The notes below the pieces were generated by a model. The model worked only from the letters and a program-made list of their open reading frames with translations, did not search any database and had not been told where the DNA came from. A stretch of 64,000 nt of DNA from an uncultured bacterium. GTDB taxonomy: Bacteria > Desulfobacterota > Deferrimicrobia > J040. The position numbers and the translations under genes are program-made. Position 1 is the first letter of the stretch, and every line of letters starts with the position of its first letter. Location: contig CAYSCN010000003.1 in NCBI GenBank assembly GCA_964429585.1, positions 47,795 through 111,794 of the forward strand, written 5' to 3'. Positions 29,260-42,643 of this stretch are shown here, piece by piece.

Positions 29260-30521
29260 TGGGAATGAATTTGACCGAGAAGATAATCGCCAGACACGCA
29301 GGAGTGAGCAGTGTCGAGCCTGGGGATCTCGTGCTCGCCAGGGTTGACCTTGCTCTGGGAAACGATATTACGAGCCCGATTGCAATAAAGCAGCTTTATG
29401 CCCACGGGGTCACGGAGGTTTTCGATCCAGAGAGGATCGCTCTGGTTCCGGATCACTTCACCCCCAACAAGGACATAAAGTCCGCCGAGCAGGTGAAAAT
29501 GATGCGAGAGTTTTCCGCCAGATACGGCATAAAGAACTTCTTCGAAATTGGGGAGATGGGAATTGAACACGTCCTTCTGCCCGATAAAGGTCTCGTCCTC
29601 CCGGGTGATCTCGTCATTGGTGCGGACAGTCACACCTGCACTTACGGCGCGCTCTGCGCGTTCTCGACCGGCGTTGGAAGCACGGATCTCGCCGCTGCCA
29701 TGTTGAGCGGGGAGGTGTGGCTCAGAGTGCCGGAGAGCATCAAGTTCGTGCTCAAGGGGAAACCGCCCGAGTGGGTAGAAGGCAAGGACATAATACTTTA
29801 CATAATCGGTGACATAGGTGTAGACGGCGCGCTTTACAAATCTATGGAGTATTCCGGTGATGGAATAGCGCATCTTCCGATGGCGTGGCGGTTCACCATT
29901 GCGAACATGGCGATCGAGGCAGGGGCGAAAAACGGCATATTCCCGTTTGACGAGATAACCGAGGGGTATGTCAAAGAGAGAGCCTCGAGGGAATATGAGA
30001 TTGTCACGCCCGATCCGGACGCGAATTACTCGGAGGTTAGAGAGTACGACCTTTCGTCTCTCGAACCGCAGGTTGCGTTCCCTCACCTGCCTGAGAACAC
30101 AAAGCCGGTGAGTGAGGCGACGGACGTGCACATCGATCAGGTTGTCATAGGTTCGTGCACAAACGGCAGGATAGAGGACCTGAGGTCCGCCGCGAAGGTT
30201 CTCGAAGGAAAGAGAGTCAAAAAAGGAGTGAGGCTCATAGTCATTCCCGCGACTCAGGAAATCTACATGCAGGCGCTTAGAGAGGGACTCATAGAAACTT
30301 TTGTGGAAGCCGGCGGTGTGGTTTCCACGCCGACTTGCGGCCCTTGCCTCGGAGGGCACATGGGAGTCCTCGCCGAGGGAGAGAGGGCCGTTGCCACCAC
30401 CAACAGGAATTTCGTCGGCAGGATGGGGCACCCTGGAAGCGAGGTATACCTGGCCAATCCTGCGGTGGCGGCTGCATCGGCCGTGTTGGGGAGAATTGCC
30501 CATCCAGCCGAGGTGATGTAA
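29259..30521 (+). CDS. leuC: 3-isopropylmalate dehydratase large subunit (short aconitase-family LeuC type)
   Basis: 420 aa. Aconitase-family Fe-S ligand region (GSCTNGR…, [13 protein letters not shown]), paired with a short LeuD immediately downstream and leuB after that. Confidence 0.88.
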   Translation: MGMNLTEKIIARHAGVSSVEPGDLVLARVDLALGNDITSPIAIKQLYAHGVTEVFDPERIALVPDHFTPNKDIKSAEQVKMMREFSARYGIKNFFEIGEMGIEHVLLPDKGLVLPGDLVIGADSHTCTYGALCAFSTGVGSTDLAAAMLSGEVWLRVPESIKFVLKGKPPEWVEGKDIILYIIGDIGVDGALYKSMEYSGDGIAHLPMAWRFTIANMAIEAGAKNGIFPFDEITEGYVKERASREYEIVTPDPDANYSEVREYDLSSLEPQVAFPHLPENTKPVSEATDVHIDQVVIGSCTNGRIEDLRSAAKVLEGKRVKKGVRLIVIPATQEIYMQALREGLIETFVEAGGVVSTPTCGPCLGGHMGVLAEGERAVATTNRNFVGRMGHPGSEVYLANPAVAAASAVLGRIAHPAEVM

Positions 30522-30570
30522 ACTTTTAAAGCTTGTCTTTTTTCGAATATTCCCAGCTACGAGGTGGCCA

Positions 30571-31071
30571 ATGGAAATCAGGGGAAAAGTATGGAAGTTC
30601 GGAGATGACGTGGACACCGATGTGATTATACCAGCGAGATATCTGAACATGTCTGACCCGGAGGATCTGGCGAAACACTGCATGGAGGATCTGGATCCGG
30701 AATTTGCGAGCAAGGTTTCCCCGGGCGACATAATAGTTGCCGGTAAGAACTTCGGGTGCGGTTCTTCCAGGGAGCATGCTCCCATCGCCATAAAAGGAGC
30801 CGGAGTGTCTGCGGTGGTTGCAAAATCGTTCGCCAGGATATTTTTCAGGAATTCGTTCAACATGGGGCTGCCCATAGTTGAAGCTCCTGAGGCGGTGGAC
30901 AGGATAGATGAGGGGGACGAGCTCGCCATAGACGTGAGTAAGGGAGAGATTCGAAATTTGACGAAAGGGGAAACCTACTCGGTCAAGCCTATTCCCCAGT
31001 TCATGAGGGATTTGATAGAAGCAGGTGGTCTCATGCCATACGTGCTCAAAAGAGTGAAAGGAGAAGCCTGA
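30571..31071 (+). CDS. leuD: 3-isopropylmalate dehydratase small subunit
   Basis: 166 aa aconitase swivel-domain protein ([13 protein letters not shown]). Confidence 0.9.
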   Translation: MEIRGKVWKFGDDVDTDVIIPARYLNMSDPEDLAKHCMEDLDPEFASKVSPGDIIVAGKNFGCGSSREHAPIAIKGAGVSAVVAKSFARIFFRNSFNMGLPIVEAPEAVDRIDEGDELAIDVSKGEIRNLTKGETYSVKPIPQFMRDLIEAGGLMPYVLKRVKGEA

Positions 31072-32147
31072 TGCCTAAGATTGCGGTTTTTCCGGGTGAC
31101 GGTATAGGGCCAGAGGTGGTCAGAGAGGCTCTCAAGATTTTGAAAAGAATCGAGAGCGTATTCGGAGTGTCCTTCGAGTTCGAGGAGGCGCCTCTCGGAG
31201 GAGCTTCCATAGATGCATATGGGGTTCCAATGACGGATGGTGCGATGAAGCTCGCTCTGGAAGCGGACGCGGTTTTACTCGGCGCGGTGGGCGGTCCGAA
31301 GTGGGATGAGTTGCCTTTCGAGATTCGCCCGGAAAGAGCTCTTCTGGCGCTCAGAAAGAACCTGAATCTGTTTGCCAACTTAAGACCCGCGAAAATATAC
31401 GGTCCTCTGGCGGGTGCCTCCACGCTGAAGAGGGAAGTGATAGAGGGTGTGGATATCATGGTGGTAAGGGAGCTGACGGGAGGCATTTACTTCGGCGAGC
31501 CCCGCGGAATAAGAGAGGAAAATGGAGAAGAAGTCGGGATTAATACCCTGGTGTACAGGAGGAGCGAGATAGAGAGGGTGGCCAGGGTCGCTTTCGAGAT
31601 AGCCAGGAAAAGGAGCAAGAAACTCACGTCGGTGGACAAGTCGAACGTCCTGGAGAGCACGGAATTGTGGAGGAAGGTCGTAACGGATGTGGGGAAAGAG
31701 TATCGTGATGTCGAGCTCAACCATCTTCTGGTGGACAACTGCGCGATGCAGCTTGTCAGGTACCCGAAGCAGTTCGATGTTCTGGTGACCACCAACATGT
31801 TCGGTGACATACTAAGTGACGAAGCGGCGATGATAACGGGCTCGATCGGGATGCTGCCTTCCGCGTCCATAGGAGGTGAAACGGGGCTCTACGAACCCGT
31901 GCACGGGTCTGCTCCAGACATAGCCGGAAAGGACGTGGCGAATCCTCTCGCTACGATTTTGTCAGTGGCGATGATGTTGAAGTATTCCTTTGACATGGAT
32001 GAGGCGTCTGGGGCAATAGAGAAGGCAGTGGAAGATGTGCTGGATGCAGGATACAGAACGGCGGACATAGCCTCCGAGGGAACCAGAGTCGTCTCGTGCA
32101 GTGAAATGGGGAACAGGGTGATAGAAGCCCTCGAAAAATTATTTTGA
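31071..32147 (+). CDS. leuB: 3-isopropylmalate dehydrogenase
   Basis: [14 protein letters not shown]-terminus and the isocitrate/isopropylmalate dehydrogenase signature [25 protein letters not shown]. Confidence 0.93.
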   Translation: MPKIAVFPGDGIGPEVVREALKILKRIESVFGVSFEFEEAPLGGASIDAYGVPMTDGAMKLALEADAVLLGAVGGPKWDELPFEIRPERALLALRKNLNLFANLRPAKIYGPLAGASTLKREVIEGVDIMVVRELTGGIYFGEPRGIREENGEEVGINTLVYRRSEIERVARVAFEIARKRSKKLTSVDKSNVLESTELWRKVVTDVGKEYRDVELNHLLVDNCAMQLVRYPKQFDVLVTTNMFGDILSDEAAMITGSIGMLPSASIGGETGLYEPVHGSAPDIAGKDVANPLATILSVAMMLKYSFDMDEASGAIEKAVEDVLDAGYRTADIASEGTRVVSCSEMGNRVIEALEKLF

Positions 32148-32173
32148 AGAAAATCTTTGAGAGGGGTGATCCG

Positions 32174-33190
32174 ATGAGTGGGAAAAGCTTCAGTGTGGCA
32201 GTGGTGGGAGCAACCGGAGCAGTGGGTCAGGTGATGCTGGAGCTCCTCGAAGAGAGGAAGTTTCCTGTGAAGAGCTTGAAGCTTCTCGCGTCGGAGCGTT
32301 CGGCCGGGAAAAAGTTGAAGTTCATGGGAGAGGAAATCCCAGTCGAGGTTCTCTCCAAGGATTCGTTTTCGGGTGTGGACATAGCGCTCTTTTCCGCAGG
32401 CGCTTCGAGGAGCAGGGAATTCGCCGGGCACGCGGTGGATGCAGGTGCAGTCGTTGTTGACAACAGTTCCGCCTTCAGGATGGATCCCGATGTTCCCCTG
32501 GTTGTGCCGGAGATCAACGCCCACGCCATAGCCGGACACAAGGGAATAATAGCGAATCCTAACTGCACCACGATAATAACGATAATGCCCCTCAAACCCC
32601 TTCACGACTACGGAAAGGTTAAGAGGGTCGTTGCTTCGTCCTACCAGGCGGTATCCGGGGCTGGGGCTAAGGCCATGGAGGAATTGAAGAAGCAGGTGGA
32701 AGATTTCGTAGCGGGGAAGGACCTGAAGGTCGAGGTGTTCCCGAAGCAGATCGCGTTCAATCTGATTCCCAGAATAGACACGGTTCAGGACAACTATTAC
32801 ACCCGCGAAGAGATGAAGATGGTCAATGAGACGAGAAAGATCATGGGTGACGATTCGATCAGAATCACCTGCACCACCGTGAGAGTTCCCGTGTTCAGGG
32901 CTCATGCCATATCGGTCAACGTGGAGACGGAGAAAAAGATCACTCGTGAGAAGGCGATGGAGTTGATAGACGCGTTTCCCGGGTGCAGGGTGATGGACGA
33001 CCCGGCGAATGATGTGTATCCTGACCCGCTTATAGCTTCCGGAAAGGACGACTGCTACGTGGGGAGAATCAGAGAAGACGAGTCCATAGAGAACGGGATC
33101 AACTACTGGGTTGTCGGGGATCAGCTGAGGAAAGGCGCAGCGTTAAACGCGATACAGATAGCGGAAGTGCTCGTAGAGAAGTACCTGTAG
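32174..33190 (+). CDS. asd: Aspartate-semialdehyde dehydrogenase
   Basis: VAVVGATGAVGQ NAD(P)-binding motif and active-site Cys in IANPNCTT. Confidence 0.93.
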   Translation: MSGKSFSVAVVGATGAVGQVMLELLEERKFPVKSLKLLASERSAGKKLKFMGEEIPVEVLSKDSFSGVDIALFSAGASRSREFAGHAVDAGAVVVDNSSAFRMDPDVPLVVPEINAHAIAGHKGIIANPNCTTIITIMPLKPLHDYGKVKRVVASSYQAVSGAGAKAMEELKKQVEDFVAGKDLKVEVFPKQIAFNLIPRIDTVQDNYYTREEMKMVNETRKIMGDDSIRITCTTVRVPVFRAHAISVNVETEKKITREKAMELIDAFPGCRVMDDPANDVYPDPLIASGKDDCYVGRIREDESIENGINYWVVGDQLRKGAALNAIQIAEVLVEKYL

Positions 33191-33199
33191 TCTTCTGCC

Positions 33200-33985
33200 A
33201 TGGGGAGGAATGTTCTTCTCGTTCTGTCGTATGATGGCACCGAGTTCCACGGCTTTCAGGTGCAGAAGGCAGGTTTGACTGTTCAGCGTGCCCTGGAAGA
33301 GGCTCTGTTTGAAATCACTGGTAGCCGGGTCAGGGTGAACTCTTCCGGTAGGACCGACGCGGGAGTTCACGCCCTGTGCCAGGTGGTGAATTTCCTCACC
33401 GAGAGCGGAATACGGGTGGAAGCCCTCGTTCGGGCTCTCAACTCCAGGCTTCCCGAGGCGATTCGCGTTTTGCACGCTCAGGAAGTTCATCAGGGCTTTC
33501 ACGCGAGAAAGGATGCGATCAGGAAACTTTATCGTTACGTCTTATTCAACGGTGAGGTGATGCCTCCTTTCTACAGGAATTACGCGTGGCACCTGAAGCA
33601 GCCCAAGATAGACCATGAGTTTCTGGACCGGGCTGCGAAGGCCTTCGTCGGCGAGAAGGATTTCACGTCATTTATGGGTAGCGGTTCGTCTGTGAGAAAC
33701 AGAGTCAGGAGAGTGGAGAGATTCGAAGTGGAAAGAAGGGGAGAGTTCGTCGTGTTCTCGGTTCAGGCGAACGGGTTTCTCAAGAACATGGTAAGAAACA
33801 TGGTGGGCACACTGGTTGATGTTGCGAAAGGAAGGATAGACCCTTCGGACATAGATGCTATAATTGAGTCGAAAAACAGGAGAAAGGCTGGAATGTGTGC
33901 TCCTCCGCAAGGGTTGTATCTCTGCGGGGTAGACTATGGGGTCATGTCATTTCACGCCCCGTTGCCATTTCCCCTTGACTTTTAA
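33200..33985 (+). CDS. truA: tRNA pseudouridine(38-40) synthase TruA
   Basis: LVLSYDGTEFHGFQVQ and catalytic-Asp motif GRTDAGVHA. Confidence 0.9.
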   Translation: MGRNVLLVLSYDGTEFHGFQVQKAGLTVQRALEEALFEITGSRVRVNSSGRTDAGVHALCQVVNFLTESGIRVEALVRALNSRLPEAIRVLHAQEVHQGFHARKDAIRKLYRYVLFNGEVMPPFYRNYAWHLKQPKIDHEFLDRAAKAFVGEKDFTSFMGSGSSVRNRVRRVERFEVERRGEFVVFSVQANGFLKNMVRNMVGTLVDVAKGRIDPSDIDAIIESKNRRKAGMCAPPQGLYLCGVDYGVMSFHAPLPFPLDF

Positions 33986-34041
33986 TGGGTGATTTATTAT
34001 AAGTTTAACTTTGATTTATAAGAGGAAAGAGGTGTGTGGAT

Positions 34042-34476
34042 ATGAACAAGACAACGTATTTCGCCAAGCCGGGAGAAGTTGAGCGGAAGTGGTATCTCGT
34101 GGATGCAGAGGGGAAAACTCTCGGTAGACTCTGCTCCGAGATCGCCAAGATTCTCAGGGGAAAGCACAAGCCTCAGTTCACTCCTCACGTGGATACCGGT
34201 GATTTCGTCATCGTTGTCAACGCCGAGAAGGTGAAGCTCACGGGGAAGAAACTCGATAAGAAGGTTTACTACAGGCACTCCGGGTATCCGGGTGGAATAA
34301 AGTCGATAAATGCGAAGAGGCTTCTGGAGAAATTTCCAGAGAGGGTCATAGAGTACGCCGTGTGGGGAATGCTTCCCAAGAACAGTCTTGGGCGGCGCCA
34401 GTTCAAGAAACTGAAGGTTTACAGAGGACCAAATCACCCGCATGAAGCTCAAAAACCGGAAAAACTGGATTTATAA
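34042..34476 (+). CDS. rplM: 50S ribosomal protein L13
   Basis: [30 protein letters not shown] is the canonical L13 N-terminus. RBS AGGAAAGAGG. Confidence 0.95.
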   Translation: MNKTTYFAKPGEVERKWYLVDAEGKTLGRLCSEIAKILRGKHKPQFTPHVDTGDFVIVVNAEKVKLTGKKLDKKVYYRHSGYPGGIKSINAKRLLEKFPERVIEYAVWGMLPKNSLGRRQFKKLKVYRGPNHPHEAQKPEKLDL

Positions 34477-34488
34477 ATAAGGGAGAGG

Positions 34489-34890
34489 ATGAAAATGGCC
34501 GAGGTCAAGTATTATTACGGGACTGGAAAGAGAAAAACTTCTACTGCCAGAGTGTTCATAAAGCCCGGAAGCGGCGTCATCACGATCAATGGGAGGGATT
34601 TCGAGGATTATTTCCCTCTCGAACCGTGGAGAAAGGTGGCCCTTTCCCCTCTGGAAGTGACGGGCAATCTGGGGAAGTTCGATATCAAGATCAACATCAG
34701 AGGCGGCGGGATAAGTGCTCAGGCAGATGCAGTCAAATACGGTATAGCGAAGGCTCTGGTGGCTTGGCAGCCGGAGCTCAGGACTCAGTTGAAGAAGCAG
34801 GGTTTCCTCACGAGAGATGCGCGAGTGAAGGAAAGGAAGAAATACGGTCAGCCTGGTGCGAGAAAGAGGTTCCAGTTCTCGAAGAGGTGA
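34489..34890 (+). CDS. rpsI: 30S ribosomal protein S9
   Basis: [14 protein letters not shown] and the C-terminal [11 protein letters not shown] are canonical S9. Confidence 0.95.
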   Translation: MKMAEVKYYYGTGKRKTSTARVFIKPGSGVITINGRDFEDYFPLEPWRKVALSPLEVTGNLGKFDIKINIRGGGISAQADAVKYGIAKALVAWQPELRTQLKKQGFLTRDARVKERKKYGQPGARKRFQFSKR

Positions 34891-34930
34891 TATCCCTGTC
34901 CCTGTGACAAGACGAGAAAAAGGGGAAGGG

Positions 34931-34958
34931 TATCCTTCCCCTTTTTTATTTGTGCGGA
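34931..34958 (+). terminator. Rho-independent terminator after rplM-rpsI
   Basis: AGGGGAAGG gtat CCTTCCCCT followed by TTTTTTATTT. Confidence 0.7.
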
Positions 34959-34973
34959 TGAGTGGGGGTTGAG

Positions 34974-36008
34974 ATGGTCAGGGTAGGAATTTTCGGTGCA
35001 ACCGGGTACACGGGGCTGGAGCTGGTCCGAAGGCTTTGCAAGCATCCCGGGGTCGAAATCGTTCTTTTGACGAGCGAACAGTATGCGGGGAAGCAGCTTC
35101 ACGACGTTTTCCCATTCGCTCCTAGGTTCGACTTTCCCCTCGTGAACTCGGAAGAAGGGTTGGAAAGTTCTCTCGACTTCGCATTTCTGGCTCTCCCGCA
35201 TACGGTTTCGATGAGGCTCGTTCCGGCTCTTCTCGATGAGGGCGTGAAGGTGATCGATCTCAGTGCTGACTTCCGGCTCAGCGATCCGGTCCTGTACGAA
35301 GAAACCTACGGTGTGGAGCATTCTTCACCGCATTTGCTCCGGGAATCCGCCTACGGGCTTTGCGAGATAGAGAGGGAGAAGATAAAGGGTGCCAGGCTTG
35401 TTGCGGTTCCCGGTTGTTTCCCGGCATCCGTGATAATACCGCTGTATCCTCTCCTCAAAGAGGGGATCGTGGACGAAAAGATAATCATAGCCGATTCGAA
35501 GACGGGTGTATCCGGTGGGGGAAGGACTCCAAAGCTTTCCTTCCACTACCCCGAGGTGGAGGGGGGTATCATCGCGTACGGTTTCCCCAGGCACAGGCAC
35601 ACGTCTGAGATGGAGGATGTTCTCTCGCGCACGACCGGCTCGAGTGTCTCGGTTGCGTTCGTTCCTCATCTGGCTTCCATGGTGCGGGGCATACTCTCCA
35701 CCATATACCTTCCTCTGAAGGGCGGCGTGGATGAGAGTGACGTTGCTCATGCGTTTGCTCGCAGCTACGGCGAAGAGCCGTTCGTCAGGATTTATGGAGG
35801 GAGTGTTTTCCCTTCTACGAAGTATGTGGCGGGAACCAACTATTGCGATATAGGATTCCAGTTCAGAGAGGATTCGGGGCTCCTCATAATAGTGTCTGCG
35901 ATAGACAACCTGGTAAAAGGAGCATCCGGGAGCGCTGTTCAGTGCCTGAACGTCATGCTCGGGTGTGACGAGAGGACTGCCCTTGATGATGGACCTCTCT
36001 TCCCGTAA
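34974..36008 (+). CDS. argC: N-acetyl-gamma-glutamyl-phosphate reductase
   Basis: VGIFGATGYTGLEL N-terminus and active-site Cys in AVPGCFPAS. Confidence 0.9.
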   Translation: MVRVGIFGATGYTGLELVRRLCKHPGVEIVLLTSEQYAGKQLHDVFPFAPRFDFPLVNSEEGLESSLDFAFLALPHTVSMRLVPALLDEGVKVIDLSADFRLSDPVLYEETYGVEHSSPHLLRESAYGLCEIEREKIKGARLVAVPGCFPASVIIPLYPLLKEGIVDEKIIIADSKTGVSGGGRTPKLSFHYPEVEGGIIAYGFPRHRHTSEMEDVLSRTTGSSVSVAFVPHLASMVRGILSTIYLPLKGGVDESDVAHAFARSYGEEPFVRIYGGSVFPSTKYVAGTNYCDIGFQFREDSGLLIIVSAIDNLVKGASGSAVQCLNVMLGCDERTALDDGPLFP

Positions 36009-36018
36009 TATTTTCCCT

Positions 36019-39190
<3,172 letters not shown>

Positions 39191-39191
39191 G

Positions 39192-40163
39192 ATGTCACCT
39201 AATGAAGCGATAGCTCTTGCCAGAGAAGTCTTGAGGATCGAGGCGGAAGCCATTTCCGAGATAGAGTCCAAGGTCGATGAGAGGTTCGTGAGGGCGATAG
39301 AGATTCTCAAGGATACGAGAGGGAAGGTGGTTCTCACGGGAATGGGAAAGTCCGGACTGATAGGCAAGAAGATTGCGGCAACTCTCGCGTCGACAGGGAC
39401 GCCTGCATTCTTTCTTCACCCGGCGGAAGCGATACATGGAGACGTTGGTATGATAATGCCGGAGGATACTCTGATAGTCCTTTCCAACTCGGGGGAAACT
39501 CCTGAAGTGATATCGATCCTCCCAGTCGTGAAGAGGATGGGGGTCAGAGTCATAGCCCTGCTGGGTAATTTGGATTCCACGATATCGAAACACGCCGATG
39601 TTGTGATAGACGTTGGTGTTTCCAGGGAAGCCTGTCCGCTTGGAGTTGCACCCACGTCGAGCACGACCGCTGCTCTCGCCATGGGGGATGCGATAGCAGT
39701 CGTGCTGCTGAAGGAGAAAGGATTCTCGCTAGAAGAATTCGCTCAGCTCCATCCCGGAGGGGCTCTTGGTAGAAAACTCAAACTCGTATCTGACCTCATG
39801 CACACCGGGGAGGAAATTCCTCTCGTCGAGCCGGATACTCTCCTGAAAGACGTTCTTTACGAGATTTCTTCCAAGAGGCTCGGTATCACCGGCGTTGCGG
39901 ATGAAGCGGGAAGGCTCGTCGGTGTCATAACCGACGGTGACCTGAGAAGGGCGATGGAAAGAGGGGTGGATGTGTACAATTCCAGGGCGAAAGACATAAT
40001 GACCACGAATCCGAAGAAGATAAGAGAGAGCGAGCTCGCCGCCAAGGCGCTGGAGATGATGGAGCGATTCAAGATAACGTCGCTTTTTGTGTTCAATGAT
40101 GAAATGGAAGAACTCGTCGGGATAATTCACATACACGACCTGCTGCACTCGAAAATCACGTGA
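39192..40163 (+). CDS. kdsD: Arabinose-5-phosphate isomerase (SIS plus tandem CBS domains)
   Basis: SIS domain (VVLTGMGKSGLIGKKIAATLASTGTPAFFLHP) followed by two CBS domains, within a kds gene cluster. Confidence 0.9.
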   Translation: MSPNEAIALAREVLRIEAEAISEIESKVDERFVRAIEILKDTRGKVVLTGMGKSGLIGKKIAATLASTGTPAFFLHPAEAIHGDVGMIMPEDTLIVLSNSGETPEVISILPVVKRMGVRVIALLGNLDSTISKHADVVIDVGVSREACPLGVAPTSSTTAALAMGDAIAVVLLKEKGFSLEEFAQLHPGGALGRKLKLVSDLMHTGEEIPLVEPDTLLKDVLYEISSKRLGITGVADEAGRLVGVITDGDLRRAMERGVDVYNSRAKDIMTTNPKKIRESELAAKALEMMERFKITSLFVFNDEMEELVGIIHIHDLLHSKIT

Positions 40164-40702
40164 GGGGAAAAAATATGAAAACGGAACTTGCAGAGAGAGT
40201 GAAGTCGCTGAGACTGCTTCTGCTCGATGTGGACGGTGTGCTGACGGATGGGCGCATCGTTTATTCTTCCTCGGGGGAGGAACTGAAGTTCTTCGACGTG
40301 AGGGACGGCCACGGTATCAAGCTTCTCCAGAGGGCCGGTTTCAAGGTTGGTATCATCACCGGCAGGAGCTCCCAGGTGGTGGAGAGAAGGGCTAAGGAGC
40401 TCGGCATCGACATCGTGTATCAGGGTCAGTTTGACAAGGTGAAGGCTCTCGAGGAGATTCTCCGGGATACCGGATTTTCCCTGGAGCAGGTTGGATACGT
40501 GGGCGATGACATAGTCGATGTCCCCGTGATGAGGAGAGTCGGATTCGCGGCGGCGGTGGGAGATGCAGTCGAGGAAGTAAAGGAAAATGCCCACTACGTT
40601 TCGTCACGGCCGGGCGGCAGGGGAGCTGTGAGGGAAATCGTGGAGTTGATTCTGAAGGCTTCCGGCCTTTGGGAAAAGGTTACATCCAGGTATTTCGAGT
40701 AA
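40160..40702 (+). CDS. kdsC: 3-deoxy-D-manno-octulosonate 8-phosphate phosphatase (HAD family)
   Basis: LLLLDVDGVLTDGRI HAD motif I and GDDIVD motif. Follows kdsD as in E. coli. Confidence 0.85.
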   Translation: MRGKNMKTELAERVKSLRLLLLDVDGVLTDGRIVYSSSGEELKFFDVRDGHGIKLLQRAGFKVGIITGRSSQVVERRAKELGIDIVYQGQFDKVKALEEILRDTGFSLEQVGYVGDDIVDVPVMRRVGFAAAVGDAVEEVKENAHYVSSRPGGRGAVREIVELILKASGLWEKVTSRYFE

Positions 40703-40785
40703 GTCCTCTTCGTGCACCCCGTTTTTACAGACGTTCCAACCGAAGTCCCTTTATGAATTCTCGGAAAGAGTGATAATATAGTCCT

Positions 40786-41364
40786 GTGATGAAGCATGGA
40801 ATAATATTTGCTACAGTAGCTCTTCTGCTTCTGTCATATTCGTGTTCGGCGGATTACGGCGTAAGCGGTGCTCTCACCAGAACTGTCGCTTCGCCTTCTC
40901 AGTCGGACGCGGACATGATAGTCGAGAGGTTCACGTTCGACGAAATTTCGGCGAGGGAAAGAGGGGTTTCCTTTTCGGCCGACAGGGCTTTTTACTATGA
41001 GGGGGAAAAGCTACTATTCTTGAAGAACGTGAGTGGGGATTTCTCTTATCCTTCGGGGAAGTTTTCTTTTTTCCTTCCAGAGGCGGTTTATGACAGGGAG
41101 CACAATCAGCTCGTGGCGCTCTCGAAAGTTTCCATCTCGACCGCGTCGGGATTTTCCGTGAGAAGTGAGGGAGGAGTGCTTGATTTGGAGAAAAACGAGG
41201 TTTCCCTTGAGAGGAACGTGGTGATAACCACGTCTTCAATGGAAATCAGGGGAGAGACGGGACAGGTGGATCTCAGCAGCGGGACGGTTAGATTGAGGAT
41301 TGTGGAGGGAGAGATACGCAGTCTGGGAGGCGTCAGGGAAGATATTCGGGAGGTGATCAAGTGA
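40786..41364 (+). CDS. lptC: LPS export system protein LptC (probable)
   Basis: ~190 aa, N-terminal anchor/signal, beta-jellyroll-like sequence. Its position directly upstream of lptA-lptB matches the kdsC-lptC-lptA-lptB arrangement. The call is synteny-led. Confidence 0.65.
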   Translation: MMKHGIIFATVALLLLSYSCSADYGVSGALTRTVASPSQSDADMIVERFTFDEISARERGVSFSADRAFYYEGEKLLFLKNVSGDFSYPSGKFSFFLPEAVYDREHNQLVALSKVSISTASGFSVRSEGGVLDLEKNEVSLERNVVITTSSMEIRGETGQVDLSSGTVRLRIVEGEIRSLGGVREDIREVIK

Positions 41365-41918
41365 AGAAGTTGTCGTTCTTCGCTATCGTTTTCTCGCTCG
41401 TGGGGGTGATGTTTTTTTCTGGATCCTCGGCTGCCGGGGACGCCGGCGGGAAAGAGGTGTTGAAGAGGGCATCTACGAAACCGATAGAGATCACGGCGGA
41501 GGAACTGATCGCTGAGAGGGCGAAAAACAGGGTGATCTTTAAGGGAAACGTGGTGGCGAGACAGGAAGGGCTCGTCATATACGCCGACGAGCTCATTGCT
41601 CAATATGAGAGCGATGGGAAGGAGATCGAAAAGATCGAGGCGAATGGTGACGTTCGTGTCGTTCAGGAGGGGATCAGAGAGGCCACCGGAGACAGGGCGG
41701 TTTTCCTGAATAAGGAGCAGAGGATAGAACTCGAAGGCAATGCAACCGTCAGGGAAGGAGAGAGCACGCTCATCGGTGAGAAACTCACCATATACCTGGC
41801 CGAGAACAAAAGCGTCATTCAGGGGGGGGAAGAAGGAAGAGTGAGAGCTATAATAAATCCACAGAAATTCATGAAGAAAAAGGGGGAGGAGAAAGATTCC
41901 GAAGGGGGGAGAGACTGA
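41361..41918 (+). CDS. lptA: LPS transport periplasmic protein LptA (OstA-like)
   Basis: Signal peptide plus OstA-like repeats (…ITAEELIAERAKNRVIFKGNVVARQEG…ANGDVRVVQEG…LEGNATVREGES). Confidence 0.8.
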   Translation: MKKLSFFAIVFSLVGVMFFSGSSAAGDAGGKEVLKRASTKPIEITAEELIAERAKNRVIFKGNVVARQEGLVIYADELIAQYESDGKEIEKIEANGDVRVVQEGIREATGDRAVFLNKEQRIELEGNATVREGESTLIGEKLTIYLAENKSVIQGGEEGRVRAIINPQKFMKKKGEEKDSEGGRD

Positions 41919-41920
41919 CA

Positions 41921-42643
41921 TTGAAGGTCCTCAGGGCGGAGAACATCGTCAAGTTCTACGGGAAGAGAGAAGTACTGAAGGGGATTTCCATAGAAGCCCA
42001 CACAGGAGAAGTTCTGGGTTTGCTTGGTCCGAACGGTGCGGGCAAGACGACCCTTTTCTACGCCATAACCGGCCTGATAGTCCCGGAAGAGGGAAAGATC
42101 TTCTTCGATGGTCAGGACATAACGAGGCTTCCTATGCACAAAAGGGCAAGGCTTGGAATCGGATATCTTCCCCAGGAAGCATCAATATTCAGGAAACTCA
42201 CCGTCGAGGACAACGTCAGAGCCATCCTGGAGATGATGCCGGTTTCCCAGGAAGAGGTCGAAAACAGGCTCGAGAGACTTCTGGATCAGCTCGGAATAGC
42301 GCATCTGAGAAAGGTTATGGGTTATGCTCTCTCGGGTGGGGAGAGGAGGAGAGTGGAAATCTGCAGAGCCCTCACACTTTCTCCCTACTTTTTGCTGCTC
42401 GACGAGCCGTTCGCGGGTATAGATCCCATCACGATATCCGATCTTCAGAGAATCATTCTCAACTTGAGGGACCAGGGGATTGGTGTGATTATAACCGACC
42501 ACAATGTGAGGGATACTTTGAGGGTGTGTGATAGAGCGTATATAATAAACGAAGGGGAAATACTGGAGGAAGGAGAGCCAGAAGTTATTTTCAACTCGCA
42601 CAGGGTGAAGGAAGTCTATCTGGGAGAGGAGTTTTCGATCTGA
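41921..42643 (+). CDS. lptB: LPS export ABC transporter ATP-binding protein LptB
   Basis: Walker A GPNGAGKTT, signature LSGGERRRVEI, Walker B LLLDEPFAGID. Located upstream of rpoN. Confidence 0.93.
   Translation: MKVLRAENIVKFYGKREVLKGISIEAHTGEVLGLLGPNGAGKTTLFYAITGLIVPEEGKIFFDGQDITRLPMHKRARLGIGYLPQEASIFRKLTVEDNVRAILEMMPVSQEEVENRLERLLDQLGIAHLRKVMGYALSGGERRRVEICRALTLSPYFLLLDEPFAGIDPITISDLQRIILNLRDQGIGVIITDHNVRDTLRVCDRAYIINEGEILEEGEPEVIFNSHRVKEVYLGEEFSI

Noticed and set aside
34036-34041. GTG start giving MDMNKT… for rplM as in the ORF track
   Set aside because: ATG 34042 ([10 protein letters not shown]…) matches the canonical L13 N-terminus and has better spacing from the AGGAAAGAGG RBS. The two extra codons are probably not translated.
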